A DNA stretch of 64,000 nt from positions 372,001 to 436,000 of the forward strand of contig OY740795.1 in the NCBI GenBank assembly GCA_963514005.1, given 5' to 3'. Source of the stretch: Raja brachyura (Eukaryota). Every line of letters begins with the position of its first letter. Positions within the stretch are counted from its first letter, which is position 1. The notes under the pieces are model-generated. The model was not told the DNA's origin. It saw nothing but the letters and a program-made list of their open reading frames with translations, and ran no database searches. Made by a program: the position numbers and the translations under genes. Positions 13,001-24,739 of this stretch are shown in pieces.

Positions 13001-15025
13001 AGGATTTCCCCCTTATCCTTAAGCTGTGACCCCTTGTCCTGGACGTCCCCAACATCGGGAACAATCTTCCTGCATCTAGCCTGTCCAACCCCTTAAGAAT
13101 CTTGTAAGTTTCTATAAGATCCCCTCTCAATCTCCTAAATTCTAGAGAGTATAAACCGAGTCTATGCAGTCTTTGTTCATAAGACAGTCCTGACATCCCA
13201 GGAATCAGTCTGGTGAACCTTCGCTGCACTCCCTCTATGGCAATAATGTCCTTCCTCAGATTTGGAGACCAGAACTGTACGCAATACTCCAGGTGTGGCC
13301 TCACCAAGACCCTATACAACTGAAGTAGAACCTCCCTGCTCCTATACTCAAATCCTTTTGCTATGAAAGCTAACATACCATTGGCTTTCTTCACTGCCTG
13401 TTGTACCTGCATGCCTACTTTCAATGACTGGTGTACCATGACACCCAGGTCGCGCTGCATCTCCCCTTTTCCTAATCGGCCACCATTTAGATAGTAGTCG
13501 GTTTTCCTATTTTTGCCACCAAAGTGGATAACCTCACATTTATCCACATTATACTGCATCTGCCAAACATTTGCCCACTCACCCAGCCTATCCAAGTCAC
13601 CTTGCATTCTCCTAGCATCCTCCTCACAGCCAACACTGCCCCCCAGCTTAGTGTCATCCGCAAACTTGGAGATATTGCCTTCAATTCCCTCATCCAGATC
13701 ATTTATGTATATTGTAAATAGCTGGGGTCCCAGCACTGAGCCTTGCGGTACCCCACTAGTCACTGCCTGCCATTGTGAAAACGACCCGTTAACTCCTACT
13801 CTTTGCTTCCTGTTTGCCAGCCAGTTCTCTATCCACATCAATACTGAACCCCCAATGCCATATGCTTTAAGTTTATATACTAATCGCTTATGTGGGACCT
13901 TGTCGAAAGCCTTCTGGAAGTCCAGATACACCACATCCACTGGTTCTCCCCCATCCACGCTACTAGTTACATCCTCGAAAAATTCCACAAGATTCGTCAG
14001 ACATGATTTACCTTTCGTAAATCCATGCTGGCTTTGTCCAATGATTTCACCACTTTCCAAATGTGCTGCTATCCCATCTTTAATAACTGACTCTAGCAGT
14101 TTCCCCACTACCGATGTTAGACTAACTGGTCTGTAATTCCCCGTTTTCTCTCTCCCCCCCTTCTTAAAAAGAGGGGTTACGTTTGCTACCCGCCAATCCT
14201 CAGGAACTACTCCAGAATCTAAAGAGTTTTGAAAGATTATCACTAATGCATCCACTATTTCCGGAGCTACTTCCTTAAGTACTCTGGGATGCAGCCTATC
14301 TGGCCCTGGGGATTTATCGGCCTTTAATCCATTCAATTTACCCAACACCACTTCCCGACTAACCTGGATTTCACTCAAGTACTCCTTTGACCTGCGGTCC
14401 CCTGCTATTTCCGGCAGATTATTTATGTCTTCTTAATGTGTTAACCATCTTAATGTGTTAACCATTTAAATTCCTCGTTGGTTAGTGGTATCGAATCGTG
14501 CACTAGGCTTTTTGCCAAAGTTGCAAATGTGGACCATAAATCATTGAGTCATGGATCTGAGCGGAACAGACCATTCGGCCTTCTTGTCAATTCTGATCCA
14601 TTTGGCGAACTAAGAGGTTTTCATTTGCATGCATTTAGTCCATAGTTCTCCAAAGACTTCTCATCCATATGTCTGACCAAATGTATTTTAGAAGTGTTAA
14701 TTCTACCCTCCAATAGCTTCCACTGGCAAATGTCTAAACTAAAAACAGGAAATCACGAAACACTGACCAGGTCAGCCAGCATCCGTGGACAGAAAAAAAA
14801 GGTTATGTTTCCGATTCACAACGCTTCACCAGAACAGGGAAAACGAATCTTTTTAAGTTGCAGAAATGCCTGTGGAAGGACGGGCAGTATAGTTCTATAA
14901 ATATTTAACGGGACATCTGAGTTCCTAATGTCATCTTTTTGACGATAAACCCACTTCATAAAAAAATATTTAATTTTCTTACCGATTATCATTGCAACCA
15001 ATGTAATGGGTGCAAACAGTTGCAT
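10007..15025 (-). CDS. TCR alpha/delta-type V gene segment V2 (V exon 10007-10310; inferred leader exon 14983-15025)
   Basis: V exon after ttccag|: GQSNGNVVSQRDLTLTRAEGETATLVC..LFWYRQYPSKQPE..RFSDSV..AISNLQLFDTAVYHCAVR. Leader MQLFAPITLVAMII g|gtaag is phase 1 and in frame. Same family as V1 (KAxFARxRFSD motif). Confidence 0.85.
10408..10738 (+). mobile_element. V-SINE copy in V2 intron
   Basis: gggcgggacagtggtgcagcagtagagttgctgcc head, gggttcgatcc B-box, taaactaa tail. Confidence 0.8.
11000..12720 (-). mobile_element. Old degenerate CR1 LINE fragments in V2 intron
   Basis: [24 protein letters not shown] (12112-12378) and other broken RT pieces. Confidence 0.75.
12726..14430 (-). mobile_element. 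Young 5'-truncated CR1 LINE with an uninterrupted 517-aa RT ORF (12825-14378)
   Basis: Complete RT domain ([34 protein letters not shown]) through to the C-terminus; 3'UTR and (TTTCTATG)n-type tail at 12726-12749. Confidence 0.95.
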
Positions 15026-15145
15026 TTTAACTGCTCGCGGATACTGTGACAGTTTTAGCGTCCGATTCGTATAGATAATCTTGCATGCACAACTGTTAAC
15101 GCAATAAGAAGTACAAATGGCTGAGCACGTTAGCTGAAGCTGGAC

Positions 15146-15180
15146 TGATGTCATTTCCGTGCAGAACACCAATTAAAAGG
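15146..15180 (-). promoter_or_regulatory. V2 promoter: decamer-like AATGACATCA plus CCAAT box
   Basis: tgatgtcatttccgtgcagaacaccaattaaaagg aligns with the V1 promoter tgacgtcactgcctgcaaagcaccaatcaaacgg. Confidence 0.65.
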
Positions 15181-16507
15181 ATTCCACTGCGGTGAACATT
15201 TTATCCAATCAATTTATATTTATTTAGCACAACTCCCATAGTTACTAATGACAGATAATAGTTGACAGATAATAGATAACCTGCGTCAGACCCATGACTT
15301 CAACTGTGTTTGTTTCCACCAGATGCAGTTAGTTAAAAACGTAAGACGCAATTCGCAAGTGGACATGGCCAACTGGACACAAGTAGTTTGCGGGCCGAAG
15401 AATGCTGCAGCATAGGAGAGTCAGAAGTGACATTCGGTATGTGAGGGCGCTCTCCAAATAACATCTCATGAGAGGATATCTTGTTGATTGTTTCAGTTTA
15501 ATATCATGGTAGAATAGTAGGAATGCTTCAAACAAGGCAGAGTAAACTCGAAACAAGGTTGTGATGAGATGGCGGTTGTATGAATGTAGTGAGAGAGAGT
15601 TGGGGAGTGTACCATAATTTATGAAAAAGGTATGGTTTGTTTCAAAGATTCTACCTAGCGCCATCTTTTGGGCTACTTTGTATCAATTATATTGCGCTGC
15701 ATCGTGGAGTTCATCGCACGGCAGTGCGCGGCGGAGTCGGATGCTGGTCTTTTACCAGTTGTTCCCTTGGTTGGCTTGTTAGTTTCGTGCAGCGAATGGG
15801 CGAATCGTTTAAATGGGCCACAGCCTTTATTGACTACAGGTAATACAACTACAAAAGAAGCTCATGTCGTTTGTTCCCGAGTCCACGTCGCCCTTTCCTC
15901 ACCTATTTCCTAAAATACAGCTCCCTCAAGAAAAATATATATAGAGCTATTCCGGGAATTGAGTTTTCCATAGTAAATTACTTGGAAATAATTTACTCCC
16001 TGCCGTTGATTCGATCACCCTTTATATGTATGATTTCTCGGAAACTGATCTTAACGTCAGTGGTGATTACTTGTAAATAATTTCATCAGAATCTTTGATC
16101 CTCCGTGTTGTTTGCCGCAGCGACGGCAAAACTACTTGGCGGGCTATTCACATCCGTGAAACGCCTCATAAAAACGACCGTTCCTGGTATGCCGTTCGAT
16201 ACGTAGGCGGGGACCAGCGGCATTTTAAATAATTGACTGTTTACGCTCCATCAAAACGCCGTAGTTGCTATCCAACCGGGAATGTATGTGTGATAAGCGC
16301 GACTATCTTGCTCAAGCTTTGCACTTGGCTTATCAAGTGAAATTGGCTTTTGAGTCGATTCCGTGGTAAATCGACTCAAAAGCTCCGTTTCTGAAATATA
16401 CAATACGCTCTCCCGGTGACCAAAATTGCAATGGCAGTTACAGGCACGTACAAGCATCTATTCATTTTGAAAAATACGCGGCAGAGCAGTAGCCAAATTA
16501 ATCCTTG

Positions 16508-16720
16508 ATAGACACAAAAAGATGTAATAAATCAGCGGGACAGGTAGCATCTCTGGAGAGAAGAATGCGTGACGTTTCGGGCTGATTCCTTTTTTCAGAC
16601 GTCTCGACACGAAACGTCATCCATTCCTTCTCTCCATTGATGCTGCCTGTCCCACTGAGTTTATCCAGCTTTTTGTGTCTACCTGCGGTTTGAACCAGCA
16701 TATGCAGTTCCTTTCTACAC
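16508..16720. repeat. Penelope-derived foldback element
   Basis: gacacaaaaag...cagcgggacaggtagcatc...gtgacgtttcg is inverted against cgaaacgtca...gatgctgcctgtcccactg...ctttttgtgtc. Confidence 0.75.
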
Positions 16721-17099
16721 AAACCTAATCCTCGTCGCGTGACATCATGATGGGGCAGCCCCATTTGGGCAGTTAGTGGAAAAATGCAATGGACAGACAC
16801 AGGAGCACTTTTTTCTGCAATATCGGTTCATTTTGCACTTTCGTACTTGCACGTGTTTAAGCTATATGCATCAGTTGCATCCGCTTTGACGAGGCAGATT
16901 CGATTGAGTGCTATTTTCGAACCCGCTCGACCATTGTTAACCAGCCGATGAAACATTTAGCGATCGATAAGGACCATGTAGTGGACTGCACATTGTACGC
17001 AGCGGCACAACGAATGCCTTCCTTGTCTCTGGATCGTGTCTTCTTCTTCCTTTGGGACACGTCGCCCCCTGGCGAGTGCTAACGAAATTGGAAATGGCG

Positions 17100-17138
17100 G
17101 GTTTTTGTTCGGGTCAGTTATACGTCGGTGGCAGTGTG
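17100..17138 (-). promoter_or_regulatory. Recombination signal sequence of V3 (23-RSS)
   Basis: Minus strand: CACACTG (variant heptamer) - 23 nt - ACAAAAACC (consensus nonamer). Confidence 0.85.
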
Positions 17139-17619
17139 CGGTTCATGACAAAGAGGTATACGGCAGAGTCGGAGATCGCGGACTTGCAGATCATTCGCTC
17201 GGTATTCTTGGTCGTTTTATTGAACATAGAAGAGATTCGGTCTGTGAGGTCTCTCGTTCTAGTTTCTGTCCCTCTTGTAATCTGAAGCAAGTAATAAGGA
17301 GGCTGACCAGGGCGCTGGATGTACCAGTAGGCATGTGGGTATGGATCGGTTGTTTTCGAGGTGCATGTTAGGTTGTTGTTACTTCCCTCTTCGGACATAA
17401 TTTGTCCCACCAGTTGTTCCACTGAGTCTTGCAGGCTCCAATCTAATAAAAGGCAATACAACTGTCATCAAGATTTCCTTTCTCAAACAAGCTATTTTTA
17501 TTCTAGCAAGATAAACATCAGTATTAATAAGGTCAAATTAACCCTGCAATTTTAATGGCAAGTAAATCCTCACCAAGAAATAACGCAATGATAAGGAGCG
17601 GCGCTAACCGTTTCTTCAT
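17139..17619 (-). pseudogene. TCR alpha-type V segment V3 (leader 17574-17619, V exon 17139-17442); open frame but lacking the second conserved Cys
   Basis: Leader MKKRLAPLLIIALFL g|gtgag; acceptor tttattag|att. Exon WSLQDSVEQ..EEGSNNNLTC..AYWYIQRPGQPP..RIS..SAISDSAVYLFVMN has YLF in place of YYC. Confidence 0.85.
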
Positions 17620-17787
17620 GATGCTCGCTGAGTTTGTAAATTTGTGGTCACCCGTGACGCTCTATCTCAGCTAAAATACTATATGCCCCACCCACGTTGA
17701 TCAGCTGAGCAAACCAATCGCAAGCAGCTACATACAGAAACGCTGGCAAGGGCATGCACATAACCTGTAGCAGCATTCGTAAGATGT

Positions 17788-18106
17788 AACATAGAAACAT
17801 AGAAACATAGCAAATAGGTGCAGGAGTAGGCCATTCGGCCCTTCGAGCCTGCACCGCCATTCAATATGATCATGGCTGATCATCCAACTCAGTATCCTCT
17901 ACCTGCCTTCTCTACATACCCCCTGATCCCTGTAGCCACAGGGGCCACATCTAACTCCCTCTTAAATATAGCCAATGAACTGGACTCAACTACCTTCTGT
18001 GGCAGAGAATGCCAGAGACTCACCACTCTCAGCGTGAAAAATGTTTTCCTCATCTCGGTCCTAAAAGAATTCCTCCTTTTCCTTAGACTGTGACCCCCTT
18101 GTTCTG
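17788..18106 (-). mobile_element. CR1 3' terminal fragment
   Basis: (aacataga)n tail, conserved 3'UTR and the last RT codons. Confidence 0.85.
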
Positions 18107-19059
18107 GAAGCGGGTCAGCGACCAGTCAAATTTGAGCGGACTGGAGGCCCGCTCAACGGTATGATGGACATCAGCAGAGATATTGTGAACTGGGTATGTG
18201 ACAAACACGAGATATCTTTATGTCTTCTGCCCAGATTTCCAGTTTAGGAGCCTCGTAAAATAAAGAATATTCTACTCTGTCAACGAACATTTTGGTCAGA
18301 ATATAAAGCGGTTAACAGTAACCTCAAGATTTTGAATCAGAGTTCTTCCAAGAATGATTTCGTTCTGATTAACACGCATATATGGCCAATTAATCCTATA
18401 GTGTGGGCTGGGCGCAGGACAGAGAAATACACAGACAAATAAATATTGGAGAAGATAATAGATGTGAGGAAATGTTAAAAAGTACAGCATGTGACCAGAG
18501 ACGTTGAACAGAATAACGTTAAGCGTGGAGTTTACATTAACAATTATGACAATGTATTGACATATTTTCTTCAGGTTAACATGGAATTGATCAGCCAGTT
18601 TGGAAGCACGTGGCAACAGTGCGACAATGACATGAACAAAGCGACACAATGATTCTTCTGACTGTGGAAAGTATTTGCCATCTTCATTGCAAATAGTAAT
18701 TCATCAGGACAGGAATACACTTAAATACACTGAAATTGATCATTCCAATGATATTGTGATATTTTATTTCTTATTCTAGCCAAGAACAAGAAACTGTGTA
18801 AATGAAATGGAACCTCGATATAACCTTGGTGCAATCACCTCGATATTTTTTTCCAGCGGTAGAATCTGTGAATGCTGATCAGATGTAATTTGCATCCCTG
18901 CCGACTTATGCTTGAAGGTATCTAGCACTCATGGTATGACATATAATCGCTGACCGCGCTGTCAACAGCATTCTCCATAATACTCCAGCAGGACTCCTGG
19001 GAACGGTTGGCCAAATCAGATGCCACCATATGAGGAAGCGCAGCGTATCGCGATCGCTG

Positions 19060-19069
19060 AGTGACGTCA
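19060..19069 (+). promoter_or_regulatory. Perfect TCR-V decamer/CRE AGTGACGTCA with no assignable V exon
   Basis: Exact motif in non-repeat, CpG-rich sequence, followed ~110 bp downstream by a hydrophobic stretch and a g|gtaatt donor-like site. Confidence 0.35.
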
Positions 19070-19364
19070 GTGCGCGGTGGCTCCTTCCGTACTGCAGATG
19101 GGAAAATAACCTAAGCGTAGTGGCGTCCTTTCCTTCGGTCATTTTATATATCTTTTCCTCCCTGACCCTGCGGATGTTTCGGGTAATTCAAATTGATTAT
19201 AATAACATCGTTTTTTTTAAAGATTAATATCATTAATGTTTTATTATTATTAATGTTTAGTGTTTTCTGAGTCATTCGCAACTGTCACTAGATGTCATGC
19301 TGTTACTTGTGGCCGGAGCACCAAGGCAAATTCCTGTATGTGAATACTTGGCCAATAAACTTAG

Positions 19365-20030
19365 CATGTAAGCATGCCGGTACAGAGAGCTAATGGCGTG
19401 TTGGCCGTCATAACCAGAGGTGTTGAGTATTGGAGCAAAGAGGTCCTTCTGCAGCTATACAGGGCCCCGGTAAGACTACACCTGGAGTATTGTGTGCAGC
19501 TTTGGTCTGTAAATTTGAGGATGGACTTTCTTGCAATTGGGCGAGTACAGTGCAGGTTCACGACGTTAATCCCCGGGATGGCTGGATTGTCATATATTGA
19601 AAGAATGAAGCGACTGGGCTTGCATACACTGGAATTTAGAAGGATGAGATGGGATCTTATTGAAACACATAAGGTTACTAAGCTATTCGACATGCTACAG
19701 GCAGGAAACATGCTCCCGATGTCGGGGCGTGCAGAACCAGGGGCCACAGTTTAAGAATATTGGGTGGGCCATTTAAAAACATGTGGATTCATTTTTCACC
19801 TAGAGAGTTGTGAATCTGTGGAATTCTCTGCCGCCGAAGGCAGTGGAGGACGATTCTCTGGATGCTTTCAAGAAAGTGTTAGATAGCGCTCTTAAAGATA
19901 GCGGACTTAAGGGATATAGGGAGAAGGCATGGAATGAAATGATTGTGGGTGATCAGCCATGATCACAGTGAATGGCGATGCGGGCTCAAAGGGCCGAATG
20001 GCCTACCCTTGCACCTATTGTCTATTGTCT
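19365..20030 (+). mobile_element. CR1 LINE 3' fragment
   Basis: KEVLLQLYRAPVRLHLEYCVQLWS..LEFRRMR..DLIET; (ctattgt)n tail. Confidence 0.85.
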
Positions 20031-21467
20031 AATTCTTTCAGAATTGCTGTCTGGCCCACTGAGATAATTCAGCATTTGCGTTTGTTTTTGGTTTGAGTGG
20101 GTGTGAATGTCTGTTCTTGATGAAGAACATCCTCCGTGCTGGTTCCAGATATTGCCGGGTCGAACATACGATTTATTCCATCAAATGGCAGCAAACTCCC
20201 AGTTACAATTGCACGTCAAATTATTCCTTAACTGTTGACCGGGCCGATGAACGTTTCAAGCATTTTTAACTTTGGATCTTTCCCCAATAAACTGAACATA
20301 AATATTTGCTTCTCCACTCACCTGGCAACGATACGGACTCTCGCGTCAGCTGCAGAATGAGTGGTTCTCCCTGGTTAATCATGGATGACAGGTCGAGCTG
20401 ATTAGAGCAGTAATGCAAAATAATCAATATTTTTCATAATTAGCTGTTTCGGAACTCAATGAGGTCTGAGGGTAGAGGATGGGGTAAAACGCTGACCCTA
20501 ACCCTAAACATAATTTTCTATTTTTATGTTACATCTAGGAACGCTCCCCTCTTCCGGTGCCCCCTTCCTCCACCCAAGTCGTTTAACCAATTCAACATTG
20601 AATTCCACTTGAGATCATTCTTTCCCCAGCTAGCAATTGACGACGCAACTCATCACTCTCCCTGAGGTTATTTGTTATTGGCCCTGATTGGACCCGATCT
20701 TTTCTCGCATCCAGTTCTTCCCACGCCCCATCCCTTTAGTCTCGACCCGAATCCCCAACTATCCTTTTTTTTCCTCAAGGGATACTCCTTATGCCGCTGA
20801 GTTAGTCTGACAGTAGCAAGTTGTTTATAATACCGACGAGGTTACTGACACGGGAGCACAATCGCTACGCACCAAACGGTAGATACATAATAATATTATT
20901 GGACGGTGTTGTTGCAAATTAACAAAAACAAGATTTATTAAAATACCAGGGCGTTGTGAGAGCAACTTGGCGTCACCTTACCTACAATAACCGCAAGCGA
21001 ACAAGCAGTATTGCACCTGGTGCAGGAGAAATTAACGTGTTTTTGCATTCCAAGTGCCTGAAATAGAATATGTTCCACGGTACATAAAACAAGATTTGCA
21101 AACCTCTCAGCGGAATTGTGTTGCTCGCTCAACTGTCTGAAGCAAATTATTGACCAGTTGAAAAGTAATCAGTGTATGGGCTTGCAGTTTTAGAGGCTAG
21201 CATAAATATCAGCGGTATATGGGCCAGTTTCCGTGCCGCTGTTATCAAACGGACAGAGTTTGCGCCTGGATCAGTAGGAACCGCTGGTATTCTCGTAGCA
21301 AGCAAAACAGCAATAGTGCAATGTGCACAGTGATCGTGCCTGTTGAAAGACGAAGTTATCTTTAAAACAGGGATTTTGCCCGGCCAATGCAATACGCGCA
21401 GAGGTTTAAAGATTATTTGCGATTGAAAAAATGCTGTAAACCTAGCACGAAAGACGTGCCCAAAAGA

Positions 21468-21751
21468 NNNNNNNNNNNNNNNNNNNNNNNNNNNNNNNNN
21501 NNNNNNNNNNNNNNNNNNNNNNNNNNNNNNNNNNNNNNNNNNNNNNNNNNNNNNNNNNNNNNNNNNNNNNNNNNNNNNNNNNNNNNNNNNNNNNNNNNNN
21601 NNNNNNNNNNNNNNNNNNNNNNNNNNNNNNNNNNNNNNNNNNNNNNNNNNNNNNNNNNNNNNNNNNNNNNNNNNNNNNNNNNNNNNNNNNNNNNNNNNNN
21701 NNNNNNNNNNNNNNNNNNNNNNNNNNNNNNNNNNNNNNNNNNNNNNNNNNN
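21468..21751. other. Assembly gap (N run)
   Basis: 284 N. Confidence 1.
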
Positions 21752-23481
21752 NGAAATAGAGAGCCAGAGAGGTTCACATCATTTAAATTTCTTCACAAAG
21801 CGAATTTACGTGACGTTATATAACCGAGCAAAGTTCAAACGTACATAACATATACGCCGAATATACGTATACATACAAACTACATGGAAACTACATAGAA
21901 CATAACATATACACAGAATATATATAGAACATAGAATAGTACAGCACATAAAACGGCCCCTCGGCTCACAATGTCCGTCCGTACATAATTCCAGGTTACA
22001 CTGCTTTACTCCATAGGACATGGACCCCAAGATCTCTCTGTACATCAATGCTATTGAGGATCTTGCCATTCACTGAAAATGTTCACCTTACATCCGACAT
22101 TTCTAAGTGTAATCCCTCAGAATTCCTCGGATTTAAAATTCACCTGGCATTTCCCCGCCCATTACTCCAGAGGCCCGACATTCCGCTCGCAACAGTGACA
22201 GCCTTCCTCACAGTTCGAAACACTACAGGTTCTAATTTCGATCACAACCATGCTAAGCAACCTATCTACATTTATATTCCAATTGTTTATGCATATTGTC
22301 CAAAATAACAGCGGTCCAATCACCGATCCCTGTGGATCCAAAGGTCGCAGACTTCCAGTTGTATAAAATACCGCTCCACCACCACTCTCTGTTATGAGTG
22401 GTCAAAGCTGTTTTTCATTAAATGTACCAAGCGAATCCTTTGCGCCATAATATTCTCGGGCAGCCTAGTGGGGAGAGTCCAGGACTAGAGACCATAGTCC
22501 CCGAATAAAAGAACCATTCCTTTTGGAATGAGAAGATGAGGGATTTCTTTACTCTGTGGCTGGTGATTCTGTGGAGGCCAAGTCTGTGCATCACAAAAGT
22601 CTGTGGAGGCCAAGTCAATGGATATTTTAAGGCAGAGATAGATTCTGTAGATTCTTGATGTAGAGTCATGAGAATGGGGTTAGGAGGATAGATCGGCCAT
22701 TATTGCCTAGCGGAGTAGACGTTGCTCTAAATGTACTAATTCTGCTCCTATCACATGACCTTTTGACCGTATCGACCATGAGGAAATTAATATGATTTAA
22801 TGATGGGCCTGCAAACATTAACGTATCGGCGAGGAACGCAGGATGTGAATACAAGGAAGCGGTAACTTTATGCACCATCAACATCCATGCATTAAGCGGC
22901 CTTTACGGCAAGAAAATGACATGCCATCGGGTTTGACCGGTCCTCTGAAAAACGAGAGGCTGATCTGTCCGTAAACTCAATGTTACCATGCATATGCAAA
23001 CTCGCAGCAATCAGTGATAATGGAAAGAAGCGGGATTGCAGCGAAGAAAGAAATCTCGTAAATAATTGTCAATACATTGCAGATCATTGGCTCCATTGTT
23101 CCGTCAGTGCCTTTATCTATTGAGGTGACAACATCAAAATCCGTAAATATCAGCAATTTTGCCCACCGTCATTTCATCGTAGATACGTTGTGGTCTGCAG
23201 ACTGTACATCTGTCTAACCCCTCCCCCAACCAAGTCAGATGAGCGAGGAAGCCGTTGTTCTATTAGGCTGATCGCTCGAGGAATAGATTGAATACAGAAG
23301 TTCTCTCTTCATCTCGGTCAGTTATTCACACCACACTCAGTAATATCCGGAAAACACTCTGTGATAGCGAACTCGATTACTGAAGGCGTTTCAGTCCAGC
23401 TGTGTGCAATAGCCACGAGATCACTCCAGAGCAAATGTATTCTTCTTCCGGTCACATCCCCTCTGGTCCTAGGATAAAACC

Positions 23482-24701
23482 ATGAGAGATGTCATTGTTT
23501 TCACGCTCTGTGTCTATTTATTCCGTGAGTATCTGTCAAACGCGAATTGGATAAACAAAGAACAACTTCACATCTGAAACTACAGGACAATCTTTTCGCT
23601 CTCGCTGCTTTTAAATGGGCCGAGCGGCGCGGCGTTGTAGCGGGCCATGGGAGACGACAGTGCGGATTTTTTTTCGAGAGTTTTAACTGGAAAGGTGTTT
23701 AACTCAAATAAGAGCAAGTTACTTCACAATAGGTGTCCATTTAGGCCTATGGAAGTGCCATTCCACGCCAAGATTTTCATAGAGGTACACAAAAGGCTGG
23801 AGAAACTTAGTGGGTGGAACAGCATCTAAGGAGCGAAGGAAATAGGCAACGTTTCGGGCCGAAACCCTTCTTCAGCCTGATGGGGGGTGGGGGGGGGGGG
23901 GGGGGGGGGGAGGGCGCGGGGAGAAGAAATCGAAAACAAATATTTTCATAGACGCCACCGAACTGAAGGCTACGCCAGAGACACGATGGAAGTGCAAGAT
24001 GCTGGAATCTTGAGCAAAACGCAAAGTGCCGGAGGAACTCAGCGGGCCAGACAGCATTTGTTGAGGGAATGGACAGGCGGAGTCTCCAGTGTGTGTGGCC
24101 ATTGCTTCAGACTGGAGAGCACGTTTGTGCTCGGGAAGGCGGCGGCATCCATTCCTTCAACAGTTTGTCGCTGTCCTGCTGACATGGTGATTCTACATTT
24201 CCCAAGGCCGAGTCTGATCCTCTAGAATACTTGTTCATTGCCCTTATTGTCAGCTTATATTTGATCACGGAAATATCATTGTCGCGACCTGTTCTTCCGG
24301 CCTGGCGCTTTTCCCAAACCAACTTTTAAAATGTTGCTTAAGTGTGATTTGTACTGATGAGTTTTATGTTTTTTCCTGAAACGTGTCACAGGTCCGAGCT
24401 CTGGGGGTTCCGTAACGGAACTCAAGCCTTCAGCGAGAAAGAGAGAAGATGAAGTGGTGACCATGTTTTGCAATTATACCACGACAGAAACCGCTTATTC
24501 TTTATTTTGGTTCAGAAAACAGGCAGAGAATGGGTTCGAGTTTATTGCGCGGATGAAGTCTTGGATGACTGAAGAAGGGAGAGATGAGGAATTCCGCACC
24601 CGCTTTTTCCAGAAACACGACATGAAGTCCAAATCCATCAGCTTGAAGATATCAGGGTTACTGATAGCCGATTCCGCTGTGTATTACTGCGCTCTCGAAG
24701 G
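23482..24701 (+). CDS. TCR alpha/delta-type V gene segment V4 (leader 23482-23524, V exon 24392-24701), apparently intact
   Basis: Leader MRDVIVFTLCVYLF c|gtgagt; acceptor tcacag|gt. Exon PSSGGSVTELKPSARKREDEVVTMFCNYTT..YSLFWFRKQ..RFF..SISLKISGLLIADSAVYYCALE. Confidence 0.9.
23786..23882 (-). repeat. Penelope terminal-repeat fragment with a minimal hammerhead-ribozyme motif, in V4 intron
   Basis: Minus strand: CTGAAGA-agggtttcggccc-GAAAC-GTT-gcc (hammerhead core boxes CUGANGA and GAAA around a 3-bp helix II). Confidence 0.6.
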
Positions 24702-24739
24702 CACAGTGATGGAAAACTGCTTTTACCACCACAAAAACC
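24702..24739 (+). promoter_or_regulatory. Recombination signal sequence of V4 (22-nt spacer)
   Basis: CACAGTG - atggaaaactgcttttaccacc (22 nt) - ACAAAAACC. Confidence 0.93.

Noticed and set aside
13513-14136. Long antisense ORFs over LINE RT regions (also 31512-31910, 36744-37175)
   Set aside because: Shadow frames of retroelement ORFs with no independent protein motifs.
18888-18895. Ig octamer ATTTGCAT (also near 10885 and 14623)
   Set aside because: A few copies are expected by chance in 64 kb of AT-rich DNA, and none is positioned upstream of a leader.
20315-20382. Minus-strand ATG...cag|gtgagt mini-exon (MINQGEPLILQLTRESVSLP)
   Set aside because: Not hydrophobic, no FGxG motif and no RSS, so neither a leader nor a J segment.
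21326-21332. Isolated CACAGTG heptamer
   Set aside because: No nonamer at 12 or 22/23 nt and no V or D context.
21387-21848. ORFs spanning N runs (also 33376-33639)
   Set aside because: Artefacts of assembly gaps.
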